Source of the DNA: Chloroflexota bacterium | Lineage (GTDB): Bacteria > Chloroflexota > Anaerolineae > Anaerolineales > UBA11858 | Length of the DNA: 64,000 bases | Direction of reading: 5' to 3' | Assembly (NCBI GenBank): GCA_030609055.1 | Contig: JAUWCZ010000001.1 | Coordinates: forward strand, 17,363 to 81,362 | Shown here: in pieces, positions 38,401 through 46,659 of the stretch | Numbering within the stretch: the stretch's first letter is position 1 | Layout: each line of letters starts with the position of its first letter | Translations under genes and position numbers: made by a program | Notes under the pieces: generated by a model | Told to the model about the DNA's origin: nothing | The model's database searches: none | Seen by the model: the letters and a program-made list of their open reading frames with translations, nothing else

Positions 38401-40281
38401 CGTGTTTATTAACCGGTCCAGTTTTTCGGGATTATCATCCCAGTACATCTCAAAATTCAGTCCCCCCTTGTAAATTCCGCCATAGGGATCGTATCCATCC
38501 ATCCTGAGAGGCAGTCCGTCATCCCAGGAACTTTCATTGGCAATCCCGGTCCCGTGAAGAATGATTGCCCCCCCAGGATCCTTCACAGATACCAGCAGCT
38601 GATAAACCTGCCCGGGGATAAGCTCTATTGGTTGATTAAAAGTAATTTCCCCTTTAGATTTTCCCTGACTGAAATAAAACTTGCCCTGCTCACTTCCCAA
38701 CACCTCCCCTTCTAGATTATTGAGGGTGATTTCCAGGGTCAGCGGGTTAACTTCTGGATTTTCATTTATGATTTCCGGGAAATAAACGGCTGTTAAAGTG
38801 CCCTCTTCTTTGGGTTCAAAGCTTGTCAGCCAGTTGGTTTCCTGCTGAATAATATTTCCTTCTGGATAGGTCAGAAGCTGTTGATTAGGACCGTCATCTG
38901 TGTTAATGATCAGTGTGGCAGGACCAGGTATATTTTGGAATATCCATCGTGTTGCTGCAACCCGCGGATGCGGATTTGTATAAATCTGGGAAAATGCATA
39001 AGCCCAAGCAGCAGTGAATAAGAGTGCGATTATTCCAGTTGCTGCTAGAATTGGGCGAAGTATTTGGGGAGAAATTGTCCATTTTAGGACCTGGATCTGG
39101 TCATTTTTTAGACTGTCCCAGAGCTCAACCAGAATCCAACCAGCAAAAACTGCCAGGAGGGGATAAATCGGCATCTGGTAGCGCATAGTGCTATTCCACA
39201 GCAGAGATTGCCATAAAAAATATAATCCAGTCCAAAACCAAATCACCAGATGGGATTTCCAAGTTTTCCTGGTAACTATTTTCCAGCCCATCCAGACAAA
39301 ACCGGACCAGGCCAGAATACCATAAGGCAATCCCATTCCCCACAAAACCATATTCTTAAAGGAAAACCAGATCGGTCTTCTAGCCCACTGCAACGCTGGC
39401 GGAAAATCAACATCACCGGAAGTTTGAGCGCGGAGCGATTTTAAACCATCAACCCAGAGAGCATTTAATCTGAAGTTAAAGAATCCCGGTCCGTTGAACG
39501 CGTAAGGCTGAAAGATACGGAACGAAATTAGGCTTACAAGTGCTGCAATTACCAGATACAGGAAAATCTTCGGCGCCAGCAAGCGTTTCTTTTCTGGAGA
39601 AAAACCGGACCAATGGATCAAAGCCGCCAACGGAAGGGTAATTGCCACCGGAGCAGCGTTAATTTTTGAGGCAACTGCCATACCTAGGGCAACCCCAAAT
39701 AACAGATAGGTAACCAGGTTAACCCGCTCATCCTTCGCAGAGACCACTTTCACAGCAAAATAAAATGCCAGTAGAGTGAAAAAAGTGATAAAGGTATCGA
39801 CTGTGAAGAAATGAGATTGTTGGATTTGTAAAACCGCACAGGCCGAAAAAGCAGCAGCAATCAAACCCACGCGGTGATTGTATAACCGTGAACCCACCAG
39901 GAAAACCAGGAATACTGTCAACACATCTGCCACAGTTGACAATAAACGACCGACTAGATAAACATTGCCGTATCCGGATTGACCGCTCCATTCTGCCACG
40001 TAGCGCACAATGAAGATTGGTAATGTCCCATAGACATAAAAACCGTGACCTCTATTGTGCGGATTCAGGGTTGATGATCCTGTGTCAAAATATTCAGCCA
40101 CGCTTTGGACCGGTTCAAGACTTGATTCCACCATGGTCAGGAAACGTTCATCCGGGTGTAAATGTTGTTCCTCATCCCAATCGATACCCGAAATTCGCAA
40201 GGTTCCACCGACATATAATACGAGAATCAATAAGAAGCAAATCAGCAATCGGTATAAAATTGACTTCTTGTTATCGGACAT
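35467..40281 (-). CDS. 1604-aa fusion protein: N-terminal GT-C-like module, central soluble domain, C-terminal Chlor_Arch_YYY/DUF2298 module
   Basis: N-terminus LHPDERFLTMV...GHGFYVYG. The C-terminal half has GGYINYYYYGFVF and ends ...KYNVQYIVLGQLERAKY, parallel to ...KYQVRYLVVGDVEYSTY in the 828-aa protein. Confidence 0.7.
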   Translation of the reverse strand: MSDNKKSILYRLLICFLLILVLYVGGTLRISGIDWDEEQHLHPDERFLTMVESSLEPVQSVAEYFDTGSSTLNPHNRGHGFYVYGTLPIFIVRYVAEWSGQSGYGNVYLVGRLLSTVADVLTVFLVFLVGSRLYNHRVGLIAAAFSACAVLQIQQSHFFTVDTFITFFTLLAFYFAVKVVSAKDERVNLVTYLLFGVALGMAVASKINAAPVAITLPLAALIHWSGFSPEKKRLLAPKIFLYLVIAALVSLISFRIFQPYAFNGPGFFNFRLNALWVDGLKSLRAQTSGDVDFPPALQWARRPIWFSFKNMVLWGMGLPYGILAWSGFVWMGWKIVTRKTWKSHLVIWFWTGLYFLWQSLLWNSTMRYQMPIYPLLAVFAGWILVELWDSLKNDQIQVLKWTISPQILRPILAATGIIALLFTAAWAYAFSQIYTNPHPRVAATRWIFQNIPGPATLIINTDDGPNQQLLTYPEGNIIQQETNWLTSFEPKEEGTLTAVYFPEIINENPEVNPLTLEITLNNLEGEVLGSEQGKFYFSQGKSKGEITFNQPIELIPGQVYQLLVSVKDPGGAIILHGTGIANESSWDDGLPLRMDGYDPYGGIYKGGLNFEMYWDDNPEKLDRLINTLDQAEYILITSSRQWATTTRVQERYPLTTEYYRQLIGCSFDISVEQCYNWALPGTYQGNLGFDLIQTFQSNPQFGQIEINDQPSEEAFTVYDHPKVFIFKKSADFDLAQAAEILGEIDLSKVIHVTPKQADSHPGNLMLPPERWAEQQEGGTWSELFNPEALYNRNQFIAVLIWYGSVFLLGLLVYPLMRYVLSGLKDRGYPLARTFGLLLLSYLVWLAGSSGIPTLRVTIFVILLILAAGGVFAGYLQRRSLLEEWQKQKQYYLIVEILAVSLFIIALLIRYGNPDLWHPWKGGEKPMDFSYFNAVLKSTTFPPYDPWFAGGYINYYYYGFVFVGVLVKLLGIMPSLAYNLILPTIFMMLGLGAFSLAWNLSRGDPESGEGQQGMPYLAGGASVLGMVIFGNLGIIRMFLQGLQRLASGGVNVLDGDFFQRFKWTLLGFVRLIQTKTLHYRLDEWYWNPSRTIGAEHGGPITEFPFFTFLYGDLHAHFIALPLTLLLIAWALSVVKSTLNTEQKSARLINMLGVALFGALAVGVLRPTNTWDFYPYLALGMAALVYSFFKEISRENGNWFRSLLQLITFVVFAFILFKPYADWYGQGYTSIKPWYGTNTPLNDYFTHWGLFLFVIFSWMVSETINWMATTPVSALRKLNKYRELILSGILSLIVIVVSFGVTLENPIDLKGFVILGSGVRIIWIVLPLMVWAGILIFRPGLPLTKQIVLFLTGTSLALTLMVELIYIEGDIGRMNTVFKFYLQAWTLFAVSAAASIGWLAVSVKKWIPGLRTAWQSVFYILVIGAAFYPLLGGVAKIKDRMAMKAPHTLDGMAFMLQAEYVDLNTTIDLSQDYQAIRWMQDNIEGSPVIVEANQVEYHWATRYTVYTGLPGVVGWNWHQRQQRNLTPHEWVYNRVDDVNTFYDTTDLGFTRDFLEKYNVQYIVLGQLERAKYLPEGIEKFEVAEGILWKTVYHDQETTIYQALTTY

Positions 40282-40319
40282 ATCGTTCGATCCTGAAATC
40301 GCTATTGATCAGATTTATG

Positions 40320-41114
40320 CTATTGGGATAACCCAGCAGGAAAATTGGTCCCCTTTTTGGCAATAATAATGATACTCTCTCCCCAGCGTGGGGGGAGAAA
40401 TATCCATCCTGTAAGAGCTTGAAATCCTCCCAGAGAACCGAAAATCAACTTTTGAATTTTTTCTGGAACGAGGGGAATATAAGGTGTGTCCCAGAATCCG
40501 TCTGAGAAAACCTTCTCCACAAGAAGCGCTCCTTCATCTCTTAGAAGACCGAGCCACTCTTCAGGAGGTTTTAATGATATATGGGTCGGATCCTTATAAC
40601 CTATCCAATCTTCACCCTTGATAGGTTTAAGGAGTGAATCAAGGTTGGGTGCTGAGAGAATTAACATTCCTCCGGGAGCCAATGTTCGACCCAACTCCCG
40701 GATAGCTTGTTCAGGTCGGGGTAAGTGCTCCACAACATGTTTGATAATAATAACATCGAATGAGTTGCTGGAAAAAGGTAAGTCTTCAACTGAACCCAGA
40801 GAGAATGAAGTTTGTGGCGCTTCTTTGATTGCTTTTTGTAATGCCCACTGATTCACATCTAACCCATAAGTACAGAATGTGCCCTCAAGCTGCCCGACTA
40901 AATGTCCCAGACCACAACCAACTTCTAATAATAAACCACTGGGTGGACCAAATCGACGGGCAAGATTAGCATAAAATCTATTCGACCACCAGTACTGGCT
41001 ATACTTGGCAAAAGACACATTTTCATAAGTCTCAGTCTCGAAATAGTCTTCATCAAACTTTCGATAAAAACGAGATCGATCACTTTCAGGTTGATTGTTC
41101 GAGTCAGATTTCAT
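40320..41114 (-). CDS. Class-I SAM-dependent methyltransferase
   Basis: LLEVGCGLGHL motif I, plus FDVIIIKHVVEHL and LAPGGMLI. Confidence 0.75.
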   Translation of the reverse strand: MKSDSNNQPESDRSRFYRKFDEDYFETETYENVSFAKYSQYWWSNRFYANLARRFGPPSGLLLEVGCGLGHLVGQLEGTFCTYGLDVNQWALQKAIKEAPQTSFSLGSVEDLPFSSNSFDVIIIKHVVEHLPRPEQAIRELGRTLAPGGMLILSAPNLDSLLKPIKGEDWIGYKDPTHISLKPPEEWLGLLRDEGALLVEKVFSDGFWDTPYIPLVPEKIQKLIFGSLGGFQALTGWIFLPPRWGESIIIIAKKGTNFPAGLSQ

Positions 41115-41268
41115 TTTTCCAATAAATGTATCCAGGAGAGATAAAAGGTGAATAGTGAAGTTTTAAAAACATCCCTGATTATGGAAACCGGCAGGGGACT
41201 GGGTTCCTGTATGGTAAAGACGCGTTCATCATACTGGAAAGTTTTTATTTCCATACATTCTTAATTAT

Positions 41269-43614
41269 TTACTGCAAAACATAAAACAGGATAAAATTTC
41301 TTCCCTCGACCTCAGATTGGTAGGTTATATTGATTCCATCCGGGTACATGTTCTTGAGAATGTCATAAGTTTCCTGGTCATCTGGTTTATAGATATATAG
41401 TTTCGGGGGGGTTATCCCGGATGTTGCTTGAATATCATGCTGCCAAAGGGCGTAATTTTTCACCTGCCCAATTGCGTGAATACCAACCAGGCGGGTATCG
41501 ACCCAATGGGGGTAAGGTACTACCCAGGCGTGATCCTCGTCTCCTATGGTTTCTGAAAAAAGGGCAATCACCCCTCCAATTTCAGACGTATTCCAGGCAC
41601 CATTCTTAAATTGCTGGTAATAATCATCGAATACTAAGTTGGCATTCACCTTTGCGGTTCCTACTAAAAGCAGCAGGACTAACCCCGAGGCAACCCATTT
41701 ACCTCCCCGATATGAAGATAACCTGGATTTCAAATTCGTATATATGTTCTCCACTGCAATGCCAATCACAATAAATACCGGGATGATTGCACCTCCAGCT
41801 CGATTCAAGGCAGGGTTTTCATCCGGAAAGGCGATCGATAGGGCTGAGGGTAGGATCATAAGGGGAATCCAAAGCACTAAAACCAGATCCAGCCAATGCC
41901 AATATTCACGATTTCGCTCCAGGACCAAGAGAGCAGCCAGGATGAATATACCAGCTGCAAGGAAATCTAAAGGCAGAATCAACAGCAGTAAAATCAACAG
42001 CAGTAAAATCAAATCCATCCAATGCCAATTTCTGCGAATACGCACCACGGTCAAGATGACACCCAGGCTGAATAATCCGGCTGAAAAAATATCTAACGGC
42101 AGAATAAACAGGGCTAATATCAGCAGCCCTAGAACCAAATCCATCCAATGCCAATTTCTGAGATTACGCACCAGGATCAGGAGGACACCCAGGCTGAATA
42201 AAGCAGCCGAAAAAATGCCTAGTGCCGGTCTTCCAGTAACAGAATGAACCCAGATGGAGCCATTATCCCATTGGAACATAATCAGCGCTTTCCACATATT
42301 CGAGAAAAAGGTACTGGCTGGGGATCCTGGCAGTGGATGCTCAAAATCAGTCAGGCGGGTTAGCATCCGATAGGCAAAAAGATCATATTCGGTGATGGCA
42401 AACCGCAGCAGGGGAAGGAAAATCACCAGAGAGATTAACCCCACCAGCAGCAGGGCAAATACTGCTTGACGGCGGTTGTTTTTGGAAGATGTGTCCAGGA
42501 AATAAATCAACAAAGTTACCACTACGACCACGGGAACGACCCTGAAAGGACTATAGCCGTGCAATCCCAACCCGAGCGCAAGGCCAGCATAGAGGAAATC
42601 ATTCCAGCGCTTTCTTTTGAGTCCTCGGATCAGGAAAAACAAGGTTGGCGCAGCAAAAACTGGATAAAGTGCAAAACGCAGTGCCACCCGGGAAATAACA
42701 TTCGGCCAATAGGCAACTCCGGCGAAAAACATTGCCAATAAACCAACTTCTTTGTTTTGGATCTCTTTTCCTAGCAGATATATAAAGGGAAGTGTGAATA
42801 ATCCCGCCAGCGAGGTGCCTATTTTTAAGCTCAAGAATGAAATCCCAGTACCGAATGTTTTCACCACAGCTGCCGTGAGATACATCTGAATGGCTTCCCG
42901 ACCGGTATTTCTGGGGAAGAAGATAGAATAATTTCCCCGGAGGACATCTGTAACGTCGATCAGTTTTTCGGCGTGATCGCTGAACATTTCCGGGGGAACC
43001 TGATCAAGTGCATAAAAACGGTATATTCCCGCCAGAACAAATACACCTGCGACCAGCAGACCCCAGGGGGTAAATGTAAATCCTCCTTCCCGGAAGCGCT
43101 GCCAGCCAGATTTGATTTTATCCCACCAATTTTCAGGAACCCAGAATGACCACCAGATTAAACCGAGGGCAATAACCCATAAAGATACATTGATGATAGT
43201 AAATAGGTTGCCAATAAAAAACAAGAACGCCAGGAAAGAAAAAATACTGCCTATCACTAAAGGAATCCATCGGAACGAAAAATCTCCCGCTTCTTCCTTC
43301 TCAGGTATTAAGGGTTCAATATGCCAATTCCTAAATATGATTAAAAGGAGCAGGCTCCCATAAGCTAAGATATACAAGAAAATCAGCAACGGCTTTGACT
43401 TATTATCCGGTTCACTGAAAACCTGGGCAAAAATGGCGAATAAAGGGGGTAGCAGGATAAATATCCCCATCCAGAAACCTTTTTTCGGTTGATCACCAGC
43501 AGGTTCAGAAACAGGTGGTTTCGGAATTTCCTCTCCGGCGGGAATGGTCACTTTACTCTTCCGCCAGAAAGCCAATTTTTCTAGTACATAATCCAATACA
43601 CTTGGTTCATCCAT
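41269..43614 (-). CDS. GT-C-like polytopic membrane glycosyltransferase carrying an internal 3x42-aa tandem repeat
   Basis: 781 aa. ArnT/PMT_2-like first loop (ALDQVPPEMFSDHAEK), many TM helices and a C-terminal soluble domain. Confidence 0.55.
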   Translation of the reverse strand: MDEPSVLDYVLEKLAFWRKSKVTIPAGEEIPKPPVSEPAGDQPKKGFWMGIFILLPPLFAIFAQVFSEPDNKSKPLLIFLYILAYGSLLLLIIFRNWHIEPLIPEKEEAGDFSFRWIPLVIGSIFSFLAFLFFIGNLFTIINVSLWVIALGLIWWSFWVPENWWDKIKSGWQRFREGGFTFTPWGLLVAGVFVLAGIYRFYALDQVPPEMFSDHAEKLIDVTDVLRGNYSIFFPRNTGREAIQMYLTAAVVKTFGTGISFLSLKIGTSLAGLFTLPFIYLLGKEIQNKEVGLLAMFFAGVAYWPNVISRVALRFALYPVFAAPTLFFLIRGLKRKRWNDFLYAGLALGLGLHGYSPFRVVPVVVVVTLLIYFLDTSSKNNRRQAVFALLLVGLISLVIFLPLLRFAITEYDLFAYRMLTRLTDFEHPLPGSPASTFFSNMWKALIMFQWDNGSIWVHSVTGRPALGIFSAALFSLGVLLILVRNLRNWHWMDLVLGLLILALFILPLDIFSAGLFSLGVILTVVRIRRNWHWMDLILLLLILLLLILPLDFLAAGIFILAALLVLERNREYWHWLDLVLVLWIPLMILPSALSIAFPDENPALNRAGGAIIPVFIVIGIAVENIYTNLKSRLSSYRGGKWVASGLVLLLLVGTAKVNANLVFDDYYQQFKNGAWNTSEIGGVIALFSETIGDEDHAWVVPYPHWVDTRLVGIHAIGQVKNYALWQHDIQATSGITPPKLYIYKPDDQETYDILKNMYPDGINITYQSEVEGRNFILFYVLQ
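41836..42213 (-). repeat. Three tandem 126-bp intragenic repeats (42 aa each)
   Basis: The marker AAATCCATCCAATGCCAATTTCTG occurs at 42011 and 42137, with a diverged copy at 41885, giving a period of exactly 126. Peptide units: FSAxLFSLGV..R..RNWHWMDL....LIL..ILPLD. Confidence 0.85.
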
Positions 43615-43640
43615 AATTTCCTGCTCTTTGTCAGACAGAT

Positions 43641-44426
43641 TTACTCAATCCTTCTGGTAACATAAAACGAATATACTCCCTCTTCACTCCGGGGAGACTG
43701 ATCATAATGACGTTCCACAATTTTACGCGTAATTGATAAATTCCACGCTGCGGGTGCCAGTATCCACCCACCGAAAAGGGTTTTACTTACCCAGGAAGGT
43801 ATACCAAAATAGTGTCCCCATTCCAACGTATGCAGCGCTTCTGGTGAAAAATAATGCCACCATTGTTCAACCACAAAACCATATTTCCTTAATCGAGCTT
43901 CCCAAACTTCAGGCTTATCACTATGCGATATTTTCGAAATCCGGTTAAAAAAATCTCGATACGAATCTCCTAGTCGCTTTAATCTAATTCGATCTAAGAA
44001 TTGGCCTATAGAGAGATTATCTAAAAATCGATGGTTCGGAACACAGAATACAAAGGGAGCACCAGGTTGAAGTACGCGAGCGATTTCCTTGATTACTTGA
44101 TCGATATTTGGTATATGTTCTAATACAGAGTTGCTCATGCCGCTATTAAAGTACCGTGAGGGGAAAGGTAAGGTGGCGCTATTAGCACACACAACACTAT
44201 GATAGGTCTCACGCTCACCTGCTTCTTGAATAGACCCCCACAAAGGATCAATACCAATGTCTATTGGGGAATCAAACGCTAACCCCGCAAAATGACCATC
44301 TCCACATCCAATATCAATTGTAGGTGAAGGCAGCTCAAAATCTTCATAAAAACGAGCCTCAACTGCTCTAAGTAAGGCTCGAAAATAGGGGAGTTCCCGG
44401 AGCGAAAGTTCAAGATAATCTTTCAT
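43641..44426 (-). CDS. Class-I SAM-dependent methyltransferase
   Basis: IDIGCGDGHF motif I, plus NSVLEHIPN and LQPGAPFV. ATGA overlap with the upstream GT4 gene. Confidence 0.75.
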   Translation of the reverse strand: MKDYLELSLRELPYFRALLRAVEARFYEDFELPSPTIDIGCGDGHFAGLAFDSPIDIGIDPLWGSIQEAGERETYHSVVCANSATLPFPSRYFNSGMSNSVLEHIPNIDQVIKEIARVLQPGAPFVFCVPNHRFLDNLSIGQFLDRIRLKRLGDSYRDFFNRISKISHSDKPEVWEARLRKYGFVVEQWWHYFSPEALHTLEWGHYFGIPSWVSKTLFGGWILAPAAWNLSITRKIVERHYDQSPRSEEGVYSFYVTRRIE

Positions 44427-45586
44427 TGCAGTTCTTCAAGCAATTCTTGATAAAGCCCTTCATAGGCAGCCGCGTTGGAGAGTGGATCAAATTGCTGAGC
44501 AACCAACTTGGGATCCCCTTGATATCGTAGCGGGTGGGTTAAGACTTTAATCACCGCACTTGCTAATGAAGTTGAATCTCCAATATCAGCGATTTCGCCC
44601 ATACCGGTCATCTTGGACGGCTGACGAACCCCTGGCAAGTTAGATGCCACTGTAGGGGTTCCGTTGATCATGGCTTCAATTTGTACCAAACCAAAGGTCT
44701 CAGTCGAATTGAGACTGGGCACAACCAATACATCAAGTAGGGGATAATACTTAGCCATCTCCTCAGGACTCAGGACCCCCAAGAATTTCCATTGACCAAA
44801 GGACCGGTAATTTTCTATCAGGGGAAGTAAACGGTTGAAATACTCCTCCTCTCCCAACACATTACGATATTGACCGGCATAGAGGACAAGTGTTTCAGAA
44901 TATTGCTCCAAAATCTGTGGTAAAGCTTCGAGCAAAACTTCCACACCTTTCTCGGCTGCAAAACGAGTTGCCATCCCAACAATGGGCGATTTGCCCTCCG
45001 GGTTATGTTCTTTCGTGAAAGCTTCAATTTCCTCTTGAGATGCCTGAGGGAGTTCTACCGGGGGTAAAATAACCCTAACCTTCTCTGAAAAGCGCTGCAG
45101 ATAAGGAGAATGAGAAGCAAAATCTTCTGTATATGCTCCAACGCGGTGTGCTAAGAGCCCCGCCAGATTATTCATATAGCTGACTACAAGGTTGACAATC
45201 TTATTAAGAAACCCTTTTGGAAGAATTAGGTCACAATGATAGGTAATTATGGTTGGTTTCTTAAGCAACCTTCCAAGGAAAGCTACACCGGCAGCATCGA
45301 ATTGAGGGAGATGCATGTGAATGACATCTTGCTCAAGGGCTAATTTCCAGGCTATCCATCCAAAGGTGGGCATAATTACACCTTTACTGATCCGAAACAA
45401 AACCGGAGCACGGATTATCCTGACACCATCCTGAACTTCTTCCCGGGGGAGGTTTTTATCATACTGGGAGGTCAACACGGTCACTTTGTGACCCATCTGA
45501 ACGAGTGACTTCGCCAATCTCTCCCCGTAAATTGTTAACCCACTGGTATGAGGCCGGTAATAGGTAAGAACAGTTAGTATCTTCAT
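44423..45586 (-). CDS. GT-B glycosyltransferase, family 4 type
   Basis: N-terminus MKILTVLTYYRPHTSGLTIY. The C-terminus has the ETFGLVQIEAM motif (EX7E type). Confidence 0.8.
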   Translation of the reverse strand: MKILTVLTYYRPHTSGLTIYGERLAKSLVQMGHKVTVLTSQYDKNLPREEVQDGVRIIRAPVLFRISKGVIMPTFGWIAWKLALEQDVIHMHLPQFDAAGVAFLGRLLKKPTIITYHCDLILPKGFLNKIVNLVVSYMNNLAGLLAHRVGAYTEDFASHSPYLQRFSEKVRVILPPVELPQASQEEIEAFTKEHNPEGKSPIVGMATRFAAEKGVEVLLEALPQILEQYSETLVLYAGQYRNVLGEEEYFNRLLPLIENYRSFGQWKFLGVLSPEEMAKYYPLLDVLVVPSLNSTETFGLVQIEAMINGTPTVASNLPGVRQPSKMTGMGEIADIGDSTSLASAVIKVLTHPLRYQGDPKLVAQQFDPLSNAAAYEGLYQELLEELQ

Positions 45587-45633
45587 TGAAGCTAGTCCAC
45601 TAATACCCTTTCTGTTATCCTACTGGGGAGAAT

Positions 45634-46659
45634 CTAAAATAAATCCTGATGGGCTCGCACCCACTCAAATAACTTATGGATTCCTGTTTCGACATCAGTT
45701 TCTGGTTCCCAATTAAAATCTTGATTTGCTTTCCGAATATCAGCGATAAATACTCGCTGGTCTCCGGGGCGCCAGGCCTGCCAGTCAACCGGAATCTTTC
45801 GCCCGAGTTCCTTTTCCAATAATGGACCAAATTCCTTCCAGATAGCCAAGGTATTCTTTCTACCGCCACCAATATTATATATTTGACCGGCAGTCTTATC
45901 AATATGGGCAACTGCCTGGTCATAGGCGGATAAGAGATCTTCCACATATAGTAGATCCCTGACCTGTTTTCCATCCCCATAAATTGTAATAGGTCTACCT
46001 GTCACCGCAGCAATTACAAACCAGGCTACCCAACCCTGGTCTTCGATTCCGAATTGGTGGGGTCCATAGATGCAGCTTTGGCGGAATACAACAGTTGGCA
46101 GACCGAATATACGGTGATAATCACGGACATATTGATCTCCAGCCCCTTTTGAACACCCGTAAGGAGAATGAAAATCCAATGTTTGGGTTTCCGGAATCCC
46201 TTCAGGATGGTTAGGGAAAAAATAACTATTCTCACCTTCCTTCACTTTTACATCTTCCAGGTCACCATACACCTTGTTGGTAGAGGAATACAGAACAGGT
46301 GGTTGTTTGGCAGATTGCCGGGCAGCTTCCAATACGTTCAGTGTCCCCAAAGCATTGATATCAAAATCGGTTCGGGGGTCGATGACAGATCTTGTCACTG
46401 CTACTTGGGCAGCTAAATGGAGGATCAGATCGGCGGGTTTCACTGCTGTTTTGATCTGATTTTCATCCCGGACATCACCGACGATAAGCTCAAAGGAGCT
46501 CTCTCCGAAGGTTTTCTTAAGCCACTCTATATTACGTGGTGTCCCAGCCCGCGATAAGTTATCAAAGATAATTACCTTGTCCCCTCGTGACAGGAGGTGA
46601 GCTGCATAATTTATCCCGATAAAGCCTGCCCCGCCGGTTATCACTGTACAAGTATTCAT
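45634..46659 (-). CDS. NAD-dependent sugar-nucleotide epimerase/dehydratase (extended SDR)
   Basis: VITGGAGFIGINYA Rossmann motif and the YGCSK catalytic YxxxK. ATGA overlap with the upstream gene. Confidence 0.8.
   Translation of the reverse strand: MNTCTVITGGAGFIGINYAAHLLSRGDKVIIFDNLSRAGTPRNIEWLKKTFGESSFELIVGDVRDENQIKTAVKPADLILHLAAQVAVTRSVIDPRTDFDINALGTLNVLEAARQSAKQPPVLYSSTNKVYGDLEDVKVKEGENSYFFPNHPEGIPETQTLDFHSPYGCSKGAGDQYVRDYHRIFGLPTVVFRQSCIYGPHQFGIEDQGWVAWFVIAAVTGRPITIYGDGKQVRDLLYVEDLLSAYDQAVAHIDKTAGQIYNIGGGRKNTLAIWKEFGPLLEKELGRKIPVDWQAWRPGDQRVFIADIRKANQDFNWEPETDVETGIHKLFEWVRAHQDLF

Noticed and set aside
41639-42247. 202-aa plus-strand ORF across the tandem-repeat region.
   Set aside because: It is the antisense reading of the repeat array. 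Its periodic sequence reflects the 126-bp repeat rather than a gene.
45615-45980. 121-aa minus-strand ORF overlapping the 3' end of the epimerase gene in another frame.
   Set aside because: The epimerase frame has clear SDR motifs throughout; the overlapping frame has none.
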